Shown: positions 29,803-40,463, counted from the first letter of the stretch. The stretch: DNA of 64,000 nucleotides from Candidatus Hermodarchaeota archaeon (GCA_048885525.1 JBHLLP010000003.1:1-64000); one strand, 5' to 3'. Notes: a model not told the origin generated them from the letters alone. Numbers and translations: made by a program.

Positions 29803-32280
29803 TTGAGGAAAGTGAAAAAAGAAAAGCCGTCTCAAAAAAGAAAAGAAATAAATAAGCAATATTTAGAGTGTTTAACATTATTAAAAGCAAGGGAGTTCAA
29901 TAAAGCTCTATCATTAGTTGACAATATTTTAAATGAAAAAGTTACTCAAATAAACTTAACTCAGAAGTTCGGTGCAAGAATAATGAGAATAATAGCGTTA
30001 ATGGCCTTAAAAAAGCATAATCAGGTTAATGAAGAAATTAAACTTTCTGAACTAATTTTAGAACAAATGAATGATGGTGATAAGGAAGATTCTTTCATAA
30101 AAAATGGAATTGGCAGACTTTTTTCGATAAAAGGCGCTATTGAAAGCGTTCAAGGGGAGCTTGAAGAAGCTATAATTTTTTATCATCGTAGCGCAGAAAT
30201 TTATGAAAGTTTGAACAATAAAAAATCATTATTTATCCAGATTGAAGCTATTGGTTGGATTAAACGAGCTCAAGGCAATTTGGATGAGGCTTTGAAATAT
30301 TTCCATAAAATGTTAAATCTTGCAAATGATATTCAAGATGAAAAGTATCTCGCAAGATCGAAATATTCAATAGCATTTGCCAATTTTTATAAAGGGGATT
30401 TAGATAAAGCGAGAGAATATGCCCAAGAGAGTTTAGCACTTTATGAAAAGTTGGACTATTTTAGAGGGCTAACAGCAGTATATGCTATTTTTGGATCAAT
30501 ATATCGTGGAATAGGTGAATTTGATAAAAGTTTAGAATATTATCATAAAGTATTGACTATGTTCAATGAAAAGTCAGATATTCAAAAGGGAGTGACACAT
30601 AGTTATTGCTATTCTCTTCGAAATATTGGATGGATTTACTATTATAAAAACGGAATAAAAAAATCAATTGAATACCTTCGAGAAGCAGTAAAAGCGCATA
30701 AATCTTTATGTGAATCGAATAATACTATATTTGATTACGATCTAATTGTATTTTATTTATTATTGATTCAATCGGCTGTTGAAATTAATGATTTGAACCA
30801 AATTGAAGATTCAATGGAAGAGATTTCCAAGTTTGCTCATAAATGGCCTTGGTCTAATATATTTAAGAAATTATGTGAAGCTATTATATTGAAAAATAAA
30901 CAACGTGCGAAATATCGATTTCAAGCACAGCAAATTTTAGAAGAAATTCTTGAAACAAAATTTGATTATCTTTTTGAATTTATTGTCCAAGTAAATCTGT
31001 GTGATTCATTGTTAGAAGAATTAAAGTATTCTGGATCAGAAGATATACTTGTTGAAATTCAAGATTTACTTAATAGAATCTCTGGTATTGCGTATAAACA
31101 ACGATCTATTATTACATTGGTCGAATTATATTCCCTTCAAGCAAAACTTGCTTTAATCGAGGGAAATGCTGAGGTTTCAAAAAAATTATTAACTAAAGCT
31201 CTCGTAATTGCAGAAAATAAAGGATTGGATTTGCTTTCAAAAAAATTAATTGTTCAACAAAATCAAGTTTTCAATCAAATAGAGGAATGGAAAGCATTAT
31301 TTATTCGCAATTCAAAATTACAAGAGCAAATTGAGTTTTTAAATCTTAAAGAGTTTCTAACAGATGCGATAAGTGAAGTTCTAGAAAAGAAATTTGAGAT
31401 TGAAAAGAAATATGATATATTATATAAAGATCTACTCAAGGAATACCCTAAAATCCAAAGAGGGGAATGTCGAGTTGGAATAGCTCAAATAGGGCTCTCA
31501 GAAACTGGAGATATTTTGAATGAATTTTTTGAATTAAATGCTTCAGGACTATTAAGGCTTAAAGAAAATAAAATTGAGACAGTTAAATTAACATTTAAAA
31601 ATATGGTAGAGAAGGCTAATTCAAATGGTATTAATTTTCTCATCTTTCCAGAAATGACAATTGACTTAAATTATGAAAGTTTTTTAGAAGAACTCTCGAA
31701 TCTAGCTAAAATTTATGAAATGTACATAATTCCAGGCTCTTATCATGATCAAACTACAAAACGTAATTTAAGTATGGTAATTGGTCCTGAGGGAATTCTT
31801 TGGGAACAGGAAAAACACATACCTGCCTTAATACATTTTGGAGGGAAAAAGTTTAGGGAAACGATTGATACAAGTACCCTTCCTCGTAAAACAATCGTTT
31901 GTAATACTAAATTTGGAAGGATAGCTATTCTTATATGTCGAGACTTCTTAGACATGGATCTTAGAGTAGAATTAAAAAATTTTGAACCACCTATAGATAT
32001 CATCATTAATCCAGCTTTCACACCAGTTACAGCTGATTTTAAAGCTGCACATTTTGATGCTCGGAGATCTATTTACAGTTATTGTTTCTTTGCGAATATT
32101 GCTGAATACGGTGAATCTCATATATATACCCCAGAAAAGGATCGTACTGAAAGATTTTTACCCGCAAAAGAAGAAGGCTTAATTTATAAAGATATAGATC
32201 TATTTAAATTACGCTCAGAGCGTAAAAAATGGGAAAAAGAACAAAACAAAGAGAGAATGTTTATACAAAGTACTAGATAG
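29803..32280 (+). CDS. TPR-repeat protein fused to C-terminal carbon-nitrogen hydrolase (nitrilase-fold) domain
   Basis: TPR motifs (QGELEEAIIFY, QGNLDEALKYF, KGDLDKAREY, GEFDKSLEYY); LIFPE, QEKH, LICRD triad. Confidence 0.85.
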   Translation: MRKVKKEKPSQKRKEINKQYLECLTLLKAREFNKALSLVDNILNEKVTQINLTQKFGARIMRIIALMALKKHNQVNEEIKLSELILEQMNDGDKEDSFIKNGIGRLFSIKGAIESVQGELEEAIIFYHRSAEIYESLNNKKSLFIQIEAIGWIKRAQGNLDEALKYFHKMLNLANDIQDEKYLARSKYSIAFANFYKGDLDKAREYAQESLALYEKLDYFRGLTAVYAIFGSIYRGIGEFDKSLEYYHKVLTMFNEKSDIQKGVTHSYCYSLRNIGWIYYYKNGIKKSIEYLREAVKAHKSLCESNNTIFDYDLIVFYLLLIQSAVEINDLNQIEDSMEEISKFAHKWPWSNIFKKLCEAIILKNKQRAKYRFQAQQILEEILETKFDYLFEFIVQVNLCDSLLEELKYSGSEDILVEIQDLLNRISGIAYKQRSIITLVELYSLQAKLALIEGNAEVSKKLLTKALVIAENKGLDLLSKKLIVQQNQVFNQIEEWKALFIRNSKLQEQIEFLNLKEFLTDAISEVLEKKFEIEKKYDILYKDLLKEYPKIQRGECRVGIAQIGLSETGDILNEFFELNASGLLRLKENKIETVKLTFKNMVEKANSNGINFLIFPEMTIDLNYESFLEELSNLAKIYEMYIIPGSYHDQTTKRNLSMVIGPEGILWEQEKHIPALIHFGGKKFRETIDTSTLPRKTIVCNTKFGRIAILICRDFLDMDLRVELKNFEPPIDIIINPAFTPVTADFKAAHFDARRSIYSYCFFANIAEYGESHIYTPEKDRTERFLPAKEEGLIYKDIDLFKLRSERKKWEKEQNKERMFIQSTR

Positions 32281-32312
32281 AACTGATTTAAAAAAAATTA
32301 AAATAAAAAAAA

Positions 32313-34292
32313 TTAACCTATTTCTACATCCATTTTTTTACGTTCTTCAAGTAAAGCATCCACAACAGAAGGATCAGCTAATGTTGTAACATTTCCAATA
32401 TCACTACCAGTGGCAATTGCTTTCAAAATTCTCCTCATTATTTTACCACTTCGAGTTTTAGGTAAGTCATCAGCAAATTGAATAACATCTGGTTGAAAAA
32501 CAGGTCCAATTTCTGTTCTCACGTGCATTCTAATTTCATTGGATAATTTAGCTGATTTTTGAACTCCCTGAATTAAAGTCACAAAAGCCCATATTGCTTG
32601 ACCTTTGATTTTATGAGGAAAAGGAGCAACTGCAGCTTCTGCAACACTTGGATGGCTTACAAGAGCAGATTCTACTTCCATAGTACCTATTCTATGTCCA
32701 GATACTTTAATAACGTCATCTAATCGTCCTAAAATCCAATAATAACCATCTTCATCTCTTCGTGCTCCATCACCAGTGTAGTAATATCCTGGATATCTAT
32801 CAAGATAAGTTGATTTAAATCTGTCAGTATCGCCCCATACATCTCTTAACATTCCTGGCCAAGGCGTTTGAATTGCAAAATAACCCCCTTCATTTGGTTC
32901 TGTAATTTTATCTCCTTCTAAATCAAATATAACTGGTTTAATTCCAAAGAATGGCATACAGCAAGAGCCTGGTTTAGTGGGTGTTGCTGTAGCAATAGGT
33001 GTCATAATAAAACCACCAGTTTCCGTTTGCCAATATGTATCTACAATTGGGCAACGCTCTTTACCTACTACTCGATGATACCAAGTCCAAGCTTCTGGAT
33101 TTATTGGTTCTCCAACAGTTCCAAGTACTTTTAATGAACTTAGGTCGTGTCTTTTAACTGGTTCATCACCATACCTCATTAAAGCACGTATTGCAGTCGG
33201 TGCTGTATAGAAATGAGTTACTTTATGACGTTCAACAATATCCCAAAAACGATCAACATCAGGATACGTTGGAACTCCTTCAAACATTAAAGACGTTGCT
33301 CCATTTACAAGAGGTCCATATACTATATAAGAATGCCCTGTTATCCATCCAATATCAGCAGTGCAATACCAGATATCTCCCTCATGGTAATTAAATACAA
33401 CCTTATGAGTATATGATGTATAAAGTATGTATCCTGCTGTGGTATGTTTTACGCCCTTTGGCTTTCCAGTTGTTCCACTTGTATATAAAATAAATAATGT
33501 ATCTTCAGAATCCATAATTTCAGGTTCACATTCTTCGTTCATACCATCAATAAAGTCATGATACCAAATATCCTTGTCAGTATGAGGCACTTGTCTTCCT
33601 GAACGCTTTACAACAATAACATGTTCGATGGTAGGAACTTGATCGATAATTTGAACGACATCTTCTATTTTTGGATAATATTTTCCCGCTCTTAATGTTT
33701 CATCGCTTGTAAATAAAAGACGAGAATTAGAATCTTCAATCCTATCTTTAACAGCTTCTTTTGAAAATCCCCCAAAAACTATTGAATGGATAACACCTAT
33801 TCGAGCACAGGCTAGCATAATTATAGCAAGTTCAGGAACCATAGGGAGCCAAATTGTGACTCTATCTCCCTTTTTCAATCCAAGCTTTTTCATTCCATTC
33901 GCAACTTTACTGACTTCTTTCAAAAGTTCATTATAAGTAAATTCTCGCATATTTCCGGGTTCATCTGCTTCCCAAATCAAGGCAATTTGTTCTCCTTTTC
34001 CTGCTTTTACATGTCTATCTAATGCGTTATAACTAACATTTAGTTTTCCACCAACGAACCATTTACCGGGAAACAACTCTGTTTTTTCCCAGACTTTATC
34101 ATAAGGTTTGAACCAATCAATGGATTTTGCTTGTTCATCCCAGAAACCTTCTATATCTTCTATAGATTGTTTATATAGTTTTTGGTATTCTTCCAGAGAC
34201 ATTCCTGTTTTTGCAAATTCAGGATTTAGATCAACGGGATTAAATCTACGTGTTTCAGTGAGAATACTTTCCATTCTTTCTTCTTTTGACAT
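32313..34292 (-). CDS. acs: AMP-forming acetyl-CoA synthetase
   Basis: LYTSGTTGKPKG, DTYWQTETGG, GDGARRDEDGY, PKTRSGKIMRR. Confidence 0.97.
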   Translation of the reverse strand: MSKEERMESILTETRRFNPVDLNPEFAKTGMSLEEYQKLYKQSIEDIEGFWDEQAKSIDWFKPYDKVWEKTELFPGKWFVGGKLNVSYNALDRHVKAGKGEQIALIWEADEPGNMREFTYNELLKEVSKVANGMKKLGLKKGDRVTIWLPMVPELAIIMLACARIGVIHSIVFGGFSKEAVKDRIEDSNSRLLFTSDETLRAGKYYPKIEDVVQIIDQVPTIEHVIVVKRSGRQVPHTDKDIWYHDFIDGMNEECEPEIMDSEDTLFILYTSGTTGKPKGVKHTTAGYILYTSYTHKVVFNYHEGDIWYCTADIGWITGHSYIVYGPLVNGATSLMFEGVPTYPDVDRFWDIVERHKVTHFYTAPTAIRALMRYGDEPVKRHDLSSLKVLGTVGEPINPEAWTWYHRVVGKERCPIVDTYWQTETGGFIMTPIATATPTKPGSCCMPFFGIKPVIFDLEGDKITEPNEGGYFAIQTPWPGMLRDVWGDTDRFKSTYLDRYPGYYYTGDGARRDEDGYYWILGRLDDVIKVSGHRIGTMEVESALVSHPSVAEAAVAPFPHKIKGQAIWAFVTLIQGVQKSAKLSNEIRMHVRTEIGPVFQPDVIQFADDLPKTRSGKIMRRILKAIATGSDIGNVTTLADPSVVDALLEERKKMDVEIG

Positions 34293-34538
34293 TACATTTC
34301 ACGATTTTAAATTTTTCTTATATTTTAGAATTTCATAAATTTATGTTTTTAATTTTATTAATTATAGACATCTAAAATTATTATTTAATAGGCGATAGTC
34401 TTAATTCAAAAAAGCGATATATAAAATTTAAACATTTTATTTATAATTTCAAAAACATTATATTGATGATAAAACATTTAATAAAGAGATTAGAGATTAT
34501 ATTTTTATTTTAAATATTTAATTTAAACCAAAAAAATA

Positions 34539-36443
34539 GTGAAATATGTTATCATGACAGAAGATTGGAGAGTAAAGTGGAAAGACAAAGAAATTACAGC
34601 AGAAGAAGCAATTAATCAAATTATTCCCGGGAATAGAGTTTTTATTGATTCTGGATGTTCAGAACCACAGTTATTAACTGCAGAATTGATTAAACAATCA
34701 GAGAAATTAATTGATACTGAAATACTTCACTTTTTAACTATAGGCCCAGAGAAGTACTTTGAAGATAAAGCAGAAGATTTATTTAGGCATAATGCATTCT
34801 TTATTGGCAAAACTCTTAGAGAAGAAATTAATAAAGGTCAAGCAGACTACACCCCTATTTTTACAAGTGAAATTCCATCTTTATTTAAAACAGGTAGAAA
34901 ACATATCGATGTTGCACTTATACAAACTACTCCTCCTGATCCTTACGGTTTTTGCTCTTTAGGGATAAATGTGGACATTGCAAAACCAATAGCACAAACA
35001 GCTTATATAACTATTGCAGAAATTAACCCACAAATGCCTCGGACTTTAGGAAATAGTTTTATACATATGAAAGAAATTGATTTTTTTATTTATAATAACA
35101 CACCTTTATTAGAATTTATTTTCGACGAACCTGATGATATTGCAGAAAGTATTGGTCAAAATCTAGTAAATTTAATAGAAAATAAATCTACCATTCATGT
35201 TGGTTTTGGTGATTTACCTAATGCTGTATTAAAATTTCTTAAGGATAAAAAAGATCTAGGGATGCATTCTCATTATATAACAGACAATATAATACCCCTT
35301 ATTGAAGAAGGTGTTTTAACTTGTAGAAAAAAGAATTTTCATCCAGAGAAAATACTTACTAGTTTTGCTTTAGGAACTAATAAATTATATAATTTCGTCA
35401 ACAACAATCCATATATAGAATTCTATCCATCGGATTATATTTGTAATCCTAAATACATTGGAATGAATAAGAAATTAGTTTCCATTAATTCTGCTCGCCA
35501 AATTGATTTAACTGGACAAGTAAATGCTGCAACTGAAGGTTATAGTTTTTATTCAGGATTAGGAGAAACTATAGATTTTATGAGAGGAGCTGCGTTTTCT
35601 AAAGGTGGAAAGCCGATAATAATAATGCCTTCAACCTCAAGAGATGGAGAAAAATCCCGAATTGTAGCTCATTTAGATGAAGGTGCAGGAATAATGTTGT
35701 CTCGTGGAGATGTTCATTATGTTGTGACTGAATGGGGTGTTGCATACCTGCATGGTAAAACAATTCGTGAAAGAGTGCTTGAGTTGATATGTATAGCTCA
35801 CCCAAAATTTCGACAATCATTATTAGATGAAGCTAAAAAATTGAATTATATATTTTCTGATCAGATGCTTCCTTGTGATGAAGAGGGTCGAATTTGTTTA
35901 TACCCTTCTGAATATGAAACAATTTTCATAACGAGAGATAAAGAAAAAGTTAATATTCGCCCGGTTAAAACAACGGATGAACAAGCACTTAAAGAATTAT
36001 ATTATTCATTGAATGAGAGAGATAGATATTTACGATTTTTTGAGCTTAGAAAAGAATTTACACATTCAAAAACTCAAAGCGAAGTAAATATTGATTATAT
36101 TAATGTTTTTTCACTAGGAGCATTTATAGGGGAAATTGGAAAGGAAGAAATGATAGGGAGTGCAACATATTATTTAAATCCTCAAATGAATATGGCAGAA
36201 TATAGCTTTATCGTTAGGGAAGATTATCGAGGAAAAGGTATTGGTACATTTTTATATCAACATATAATTATTATCGCCAAGGAGAAAGGCATAAAGGGAT
36301 TCTATGGAAATATTCATATTCAAAATAAAGAAACGATTCGTGTTATTCATAAAGGAGGATATACCAAAATAACTCCACCAGAAATCGGAGAAAAAGAATT
36401 GTTTTACAGAGTGTATTTTGATAAAGAAGATTCAATTAGTTGA
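34539..36443 (+). CDS. Acetyl-CoA hydrolase/CoA-transferase fused to Pat-like GNAT domain
   Basis: DVALIQTTPPD.YGFCSLG, DLTGQV, DFMRGA..SKGGK, VVTEWGVA.L.GK; C-terminal IRPV...RYLRFF...AEYSFIV.EDYRGKGIG. Confidence 0.9.
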   Translation: MKYVIMTEDWRVKWKDKEITAEEAINQIIPGNRVFIDSGCSEPQLLTAELIKQSEKLIDTEILHFLTIGPEKYFEDKAEDLFRHNAFFIGKTLREEINKGQADYTPIFTSEIPSLFKTGRKHIDVALIQTTPPDPYGFCSLGINVDIAKPIAQTAYITIAEINPQMPRTLGNSFIHMKEIDFFIYNNTPLLEFIFDEPDDIAESIGQNLVNLIENKSTIHVGFGDLPNAVLKFLKDKKDLGMHSHYITDNIIPLIEEGVLTCRKKNFHPEKILTSFALGTNKLYNFVNNNPYIEFYPSDYICNPKYIGMNKKLVSINSARQIDLTGQVNAATEGYSFYSGLGETIDFMRGAAFSKGGKPIIIMPSTSRDGEKSRIVAHLDEGAGIMLSRGDVHYVVTEWGVAYLHGKTIRERVLELICIAHPKFRQSLLDEAKKLNYIFSDQMLPCDEEGRICLYPSEYETIFITRDKEKVNIRPVKTTDEQALKELYYSLNERDRYLRFFELRKEFTHSKTQSEVNIDYINVFSLGAFIGEIGKEEMIGSATYYLNPQMNMAEYSFIVREDYRGKGIGTFLYQHIIIIAKEKGIKGFYGNIHIQNKETIRVIHKGGYTKITPPEIGEKELFYRVYFDKEDSIS

Positions 36444-36492
36444 TTTATCAAAATTTTTATTTTTCTTCTTTAATTATCAATCTAGTTATTTT

Positions 36493-37287
36493 ATGAGATT
36501 TAAATTTACTGATTATCATTTACACACAAAAGGTTGGAGCGTAGATGTACCAGAAGACGGTCCTACTTTTAAAGATTATATAAAAATAGCAGAAGAGCAT
36601 CAAATTAATATCTGTTTTCTTGACCATTTTGAACTCCATTATGTGGAGAATGACAAGACTAATCCATTTTATAATGGAAAAGTAAATGATTATCTTGAAG
36701 AAATTGATATATATAAAGAATCATATGATTTCATACTCAGTGGTTTAGAGATTGAGTATTATGAGAATAAGGAGATTCAATTAATTGAATTTATGGATGA
36801 TTATGAAAGAGAATTTGATTTTATCGGAGGATCTGTTCATGAGTGGATAATCGGATATCCAATTACAACAAAAGAAGGACTATCTAAACTATTAGAAAAA
36901 ATACCGATGAAAAAGATTATAGATGATTATTTTAAAGTAAGTATAAAAATGATTAATTCCCAAATTTTCAAGAATATCTGTCATATCGACACTATTTTTC
37001 GTTATATTAATAATAATGAATTCATACCTACTGATGATTGTGATGTATCTGATAATCGAGTACTAGACTTAGGTCGTCTATGTATAAAAAACAAAATAAA
37101 AGTAGAATTGAATTTATCTGGTTTAAGATTTCCAATAAATAGAACCTTTCCATCTATGGAGATTATGGAAATATTGAAGAAAGAAGGAATAAAGTTTTTT
37201 GTTGGGTCTGATTCACATTCTTTAGATTATTTTAAAGAAAACATCCCTAAAGTAATAGATGCCTATAAGATATTAAATTCACTTTAA
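36493..37287 (+). CDS. PHP-family phosphoesterase (HisK-like histidinol-phosphatase family)
   Basis: DYHLHT, LDH, GLEIE, GSVH, CHID, GSDSH; ATG at 36493 preferred. Confidence 0.88.
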   Translation: MRFKFTDYHLHTKGWSVDVPEDGPTFKDYIKIAEEHQINICFLDHFELHYVENDKTNPFYNGKVNDYLEEIDIYKESYDFILSGLEIEYYENKEIQLIEFMDDYEREFDFIGGSVHEWIIGYPITTKEGLSKLLEKIPMKKIIDDYFKVSIKMINSQIFKNICHIDTIFRYINNNEFIPTDDCDVSDNRVLDLGRLCIKNKIKVELNLSGLRFPINRTFPSMEIMEILKKEGIKFFVGSDSHSLDYFKENIPKVIDAYKILNSL

Positions 37288-37310
37288 AAAAGTATGAAAT
37301 TAATGACATC

Positions 37311-38030
37311 ATGGAATTTAAAGAATTTTCAAATAAAATCGATCAATGGGACCAAAAAATTATTTTAAAATACAATGGTTTAGGAGGTAAGTCCATCACA
37401 GTTATTTTAAGAATAATTTCTTTTCTTGGCAGAGAAACTTTATGGCTTCTCTTAATTGCGTTTTATTTATTTATTTGGTATGATCCCTTTTTGCTGGCTT
37501 ATATTTCAGGAATATTTCTCACGGGGTTAATTTTAATATTAGCGATAAAACAAATTGTAAAAAGAAAAAGACCTTTCGAAAGATTTAAAAATGATAAAAT
37601 TACTGTTTTAGAGAGAATGCCTTCATCAAGAAGTTTTCCCTCTTGGCATTCTTATAATGTTATGGCACAAGGTTTATTATTCGGAATATTCTTTTTGAAT
37701 TCACTTCTTGTTACTATTTTAATTGTAATAATTGCTATAATTGTGTCCTTTTCAAGAATTCAACTTGGTGTACATTACCCTTCGGATGTTATCTTTGGTT
37801 GCATTTTTGGAATTATAGGCTTTTTAATAACTATATTTATAACTAGTCCGCTTATTTTACAAATCTTAAGATTCTTTGAACGTATTATGGAATTTGAAAT
37901 TCAGTATCGACAAATAAATTCAATGATTTTTAAAAATATAGGATATTTTTTACTGATTTTTAGTATTTTACTTACAATTTTTCTACTAGCGATTAATAAA
38001 AAAATTAAAGAGCGATTTAAGAAAAAATAG
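37311..38030 (+). CDS. PAP2 family phosphatase
   Basis: KQIVKRKRP, SFPSWH, SRIQLGVHYPSDV. Confidence 0.92.
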   Translation: MEFKEFSNKIDQWDQKIILKYNGLGGKSITVILRIISFLGRETLWLLLIAFYLFIWYDPFLLAYISGIFLTGLILILAIKQIVKRKRPFERFKNDKITVLERMPSSRSFPSWHSYNVMAQGLLFGIFFLNSLLVTILIVIIAIIVSFSRIQLGVHYPSDVIFGCIFGIIGFLITIFITSPLILQILRFFERIMEFEIQYRQINSMIFKNIGYFLLIFSILLTIFLLAINKKIKERFKKK

Positions 38031-38038
38031 ACTAGTTT

Positions 38039-39277
38039 CTAGAGATCCAATCTACGTCTCTTCCCAAATAAATCCTTTAACTCATTTAATACTTGTAATC
38101 TAGCACTTTCTTGAGGTCTTACGGAGGGTTTATTTGGATTAGCAATTTCAATAGGGATTCCACTTTGCGCAACTTGAAATGCTCCGGATTCTATTGCTCT
38201 AAGACGATTGTCTAGTTCGTTGAGTTGAGTAGAAATACTTTCTGATAATCGTATAACCGCATTCAAAGTTTCTTCTAATGTTTTTCCAAGACCTTCAACT
38301 TTCCTAACAGTTGGATCAGTAAGAGAATAACTAGCACTCATAAGGTTCTTTATATATTTTGCGAATTGCGGTTCGCGTGAAATTAATGAGAATATAGATG
38401 TTAAATATATCTCAGTATGAAAGTCATTTTTCTTGTTTTTAAATAATTCGTTTATTTTATCCTTTAAAAGTTCCACATTTAAGAGGATTTTAGGGTCATT
38501 CTTTAAATCTGGATCGTATTTATGGATAAAGATTAATATATAAGGATTTTCTTCCAGTAAAATTATTGAGTCTATAACTTTCTCAAAATATTCAAGAGCT
38601 TCATCAAATCTATCTGGATCTTGTACATCTATTACATAAATTAACAAATCAAGCTGTACAAAATATTGTTCTGGATTCTCTAAATACCTTTGTCTATATT
38701 CTTTTTGACCACCCAAATCCCAAATAAAGAGATTTAATTTTTTGCTTCCAAATTTCATTCGAACAACGCCCTTAGTTGGATGTGTTGAGATCATATCGTT
38801 TATTCCTAAGCGTCCACTAAATTTTGATAAAGTTGCTGTTTTGCCTGCATTATCAAGCCCCGCAACAAGAATTTTTTGTCCTACTTCTTCAAATCCTTCT
38901 TTTTCTTCCTTAACACTCACAATTAGAGAGCTAATTGTTATTGTTTTCTTTAATTTTTCTTCGAAGGATGGGTATTTAATCTTTAATTCCTCAATTTTTT
39001 TTTGTAAGTTTACTGCTAATTCAATTGAATCATCAGTTTCTTCAATTTCAGTTATTGTCTCAAATGGATTTTCTTTATTTAATTTAGAAGCATCACCAAT
39101 TGTAGAAATTTCTAATAACTGCTTCATTATCGTTGATTCTTCTTTATCTATGAATTTATATGATAGAATTGGTAACTTAATAACATCATCGACATTTTGT
39201 AATTTATTAATTTTCACGGATTTGGGATCCAAGAATTTTGAAAAGACTTTTATAAAACTAGAAGCTTCTGAAGACAT
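38039..39277 (-). CDS. Arf/Rag-like small GTPase with N-terminal extension and C-terminal coiled coil
   Basis: GLDNAGKT, PTKG, WDLGGQ, HKYD, TSI. Confidence 0.88.
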   Translation of the reverse strand: MSSEASSFIKVFSKFLDPKSVKINKLQNVDDVIKLPILSYKFIDKEESTIMKQLLEISTIGDASKLNKENPFETITEIEETDDSIELAVNLQKKIEELKIKYPSFEEKLKKTITISSLIVSVKEEKEGFEEVGQKILVAGLDNAGKTATLSKFSGRLGINDMISTHPTKGVVRMKFGSKKLNLFIWDLGGQKEYRQRYLENPEQYFVQLDLLIYVIDVQDPDRFDEALEYFEKVIDSIILLEENPYILIFIHKYDPDLKNDPKILLNVELLKDKINELFKNKKNDFHTEIYLTSIFSLISREPQFAKYIKNLMSASYSLTDPTVRKVEGLGKTLEETLNAVIRLSESISTQLNELDNRLRAIESGAFQVAQSGIPIEIANPNKPSVRPQESARLQVLNELKDLFGKRRRLDL

Positions 39278-39461
39278 ACTATTATTAATAGGTTGATTTA
39301 ATTTTTATTCTTATTTATTTTAAGATAATATTTAAAAAGATTAAGATTTAAATTTTCACAAGATAAGTTGAAATTGATCAAACTTAAATATTTATGAATT
39401 TATGTATTTCTAAGGATTATTTTATAAAAGTCAATTCCCATCCTTTATCATTTTAATAACA

Positions 39462-40385
39462 ATGCCGTCCCATTTTGAAGATAATGATTTTTTTGAGGAA
39501 AATGCAGAGGAAGGCCCCTCTTGTTGTGATAGTCCTAAAATTAGTGAGGAGGATGGGTTTTATGTATGCTTAAACTGTGGATTCGTATACTCTAGGATTC
39601 TTGACGATAGCCCTCGTAGAGCTTTTACTCAAGAAGAAATCCAAAAAAGAAAGAGTAATGAAAGAGTATATAGCCCTATTGGGCCTAGAACAATTATTCG
39701 GGGCTCTAGAGATGCTAGAGGCACATTATTAAGCCCTAAATATAAATCTAAATTTAACAGATTAGCTAAGATTCATAGATCTCTGACAACTAGTTACGAA
39801 AGGAATTTATGGATTGCTTTGCCAAACTTACAACGTTTACAGAAGAGATTAGGAATTCCTGATGCTGTAGCAGAAGATGCATTACGGATTTATACTCAAA
39901 CTGTAAAAAAGAAATTAACTATGGGACGTAGTATTGATACTTTATTATCAGCTTCGATTTTTGCTGCTTTAAGAGTTCATGGAATACCTAGAACTGCTGA
40001 AGAAATTACAAAAGTGGCACAAATTCCTAAAAAGAAAGTGATTAAAAGTTATAGATTAATTTTAATGGAAGTTCTACCTAAATTAAACCTTAAAGTTCAA
40101 CATTTCTCTGCGAATCGTTATGTGGATAAATTTAATGAAGAGTTAAAACTTTCCATGAAATGTCGGAATATAGCTGTTAAAATAATCGAAAAAGCAAAAG
40201 ATAGTGGGTTTAATTCGGCAGGAAAAGATCCTAAAGGAATTGCTGCAGCCGCTATTTATATAGGTTCAAAAATTTGTAATGAAAACAGAACACAGAAAGA
40301 GATAAGTAAGTTAGCGCGAGTTACTGAAGTAACTCTTCGCATGCGCGTGAAAGACTTGCAAAAGTACGTAAATATGGTTGATTAA
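39462..40385 (+). CDS. tfb: Transcription initiation factor IIB (TFB) family
   Basis: Zn ribbon CC...CLNCG, two cyclin repeats, GRSI, GKDPKGIAAAAIY, TQKEISKLARVTEVTLR. Confidence 0.93.
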   Translation: MPSHFEDNDFFEENAEEGPSCCDSPKISEEDGFYVCLNCGFVYSRILDDSPRRAFTQEEIQKRKSNERVYSPIGPRTIIRGSRDARGTLLSPKYKSKFNRLAKIHRSLTTSYERNLWIALPNLQRLQKRLGIPDAVAEDALRIYTQTVKKKLTMGRSIDTLLSASIFAALRVHGIPRTAEEITKVAQIPKKKVIKSYRLILMEVLPKLNLKVQHFSANRYVDKFNEELKLSMKCRNIAVKIIEKAKDSGFNSAGKDPKGIAAAAIYIGSKICNENRTQKEISKLARVTEVTLRMRVKDLQKYVNMVD

Positions 40386-40463
40386 TAAGATTTACTGAAT
40401 TTATTAGAGTTTAAAAGTGATTTCTAAGATCTCTTTGATGGGAGAAATTAATGTAATATGAAT

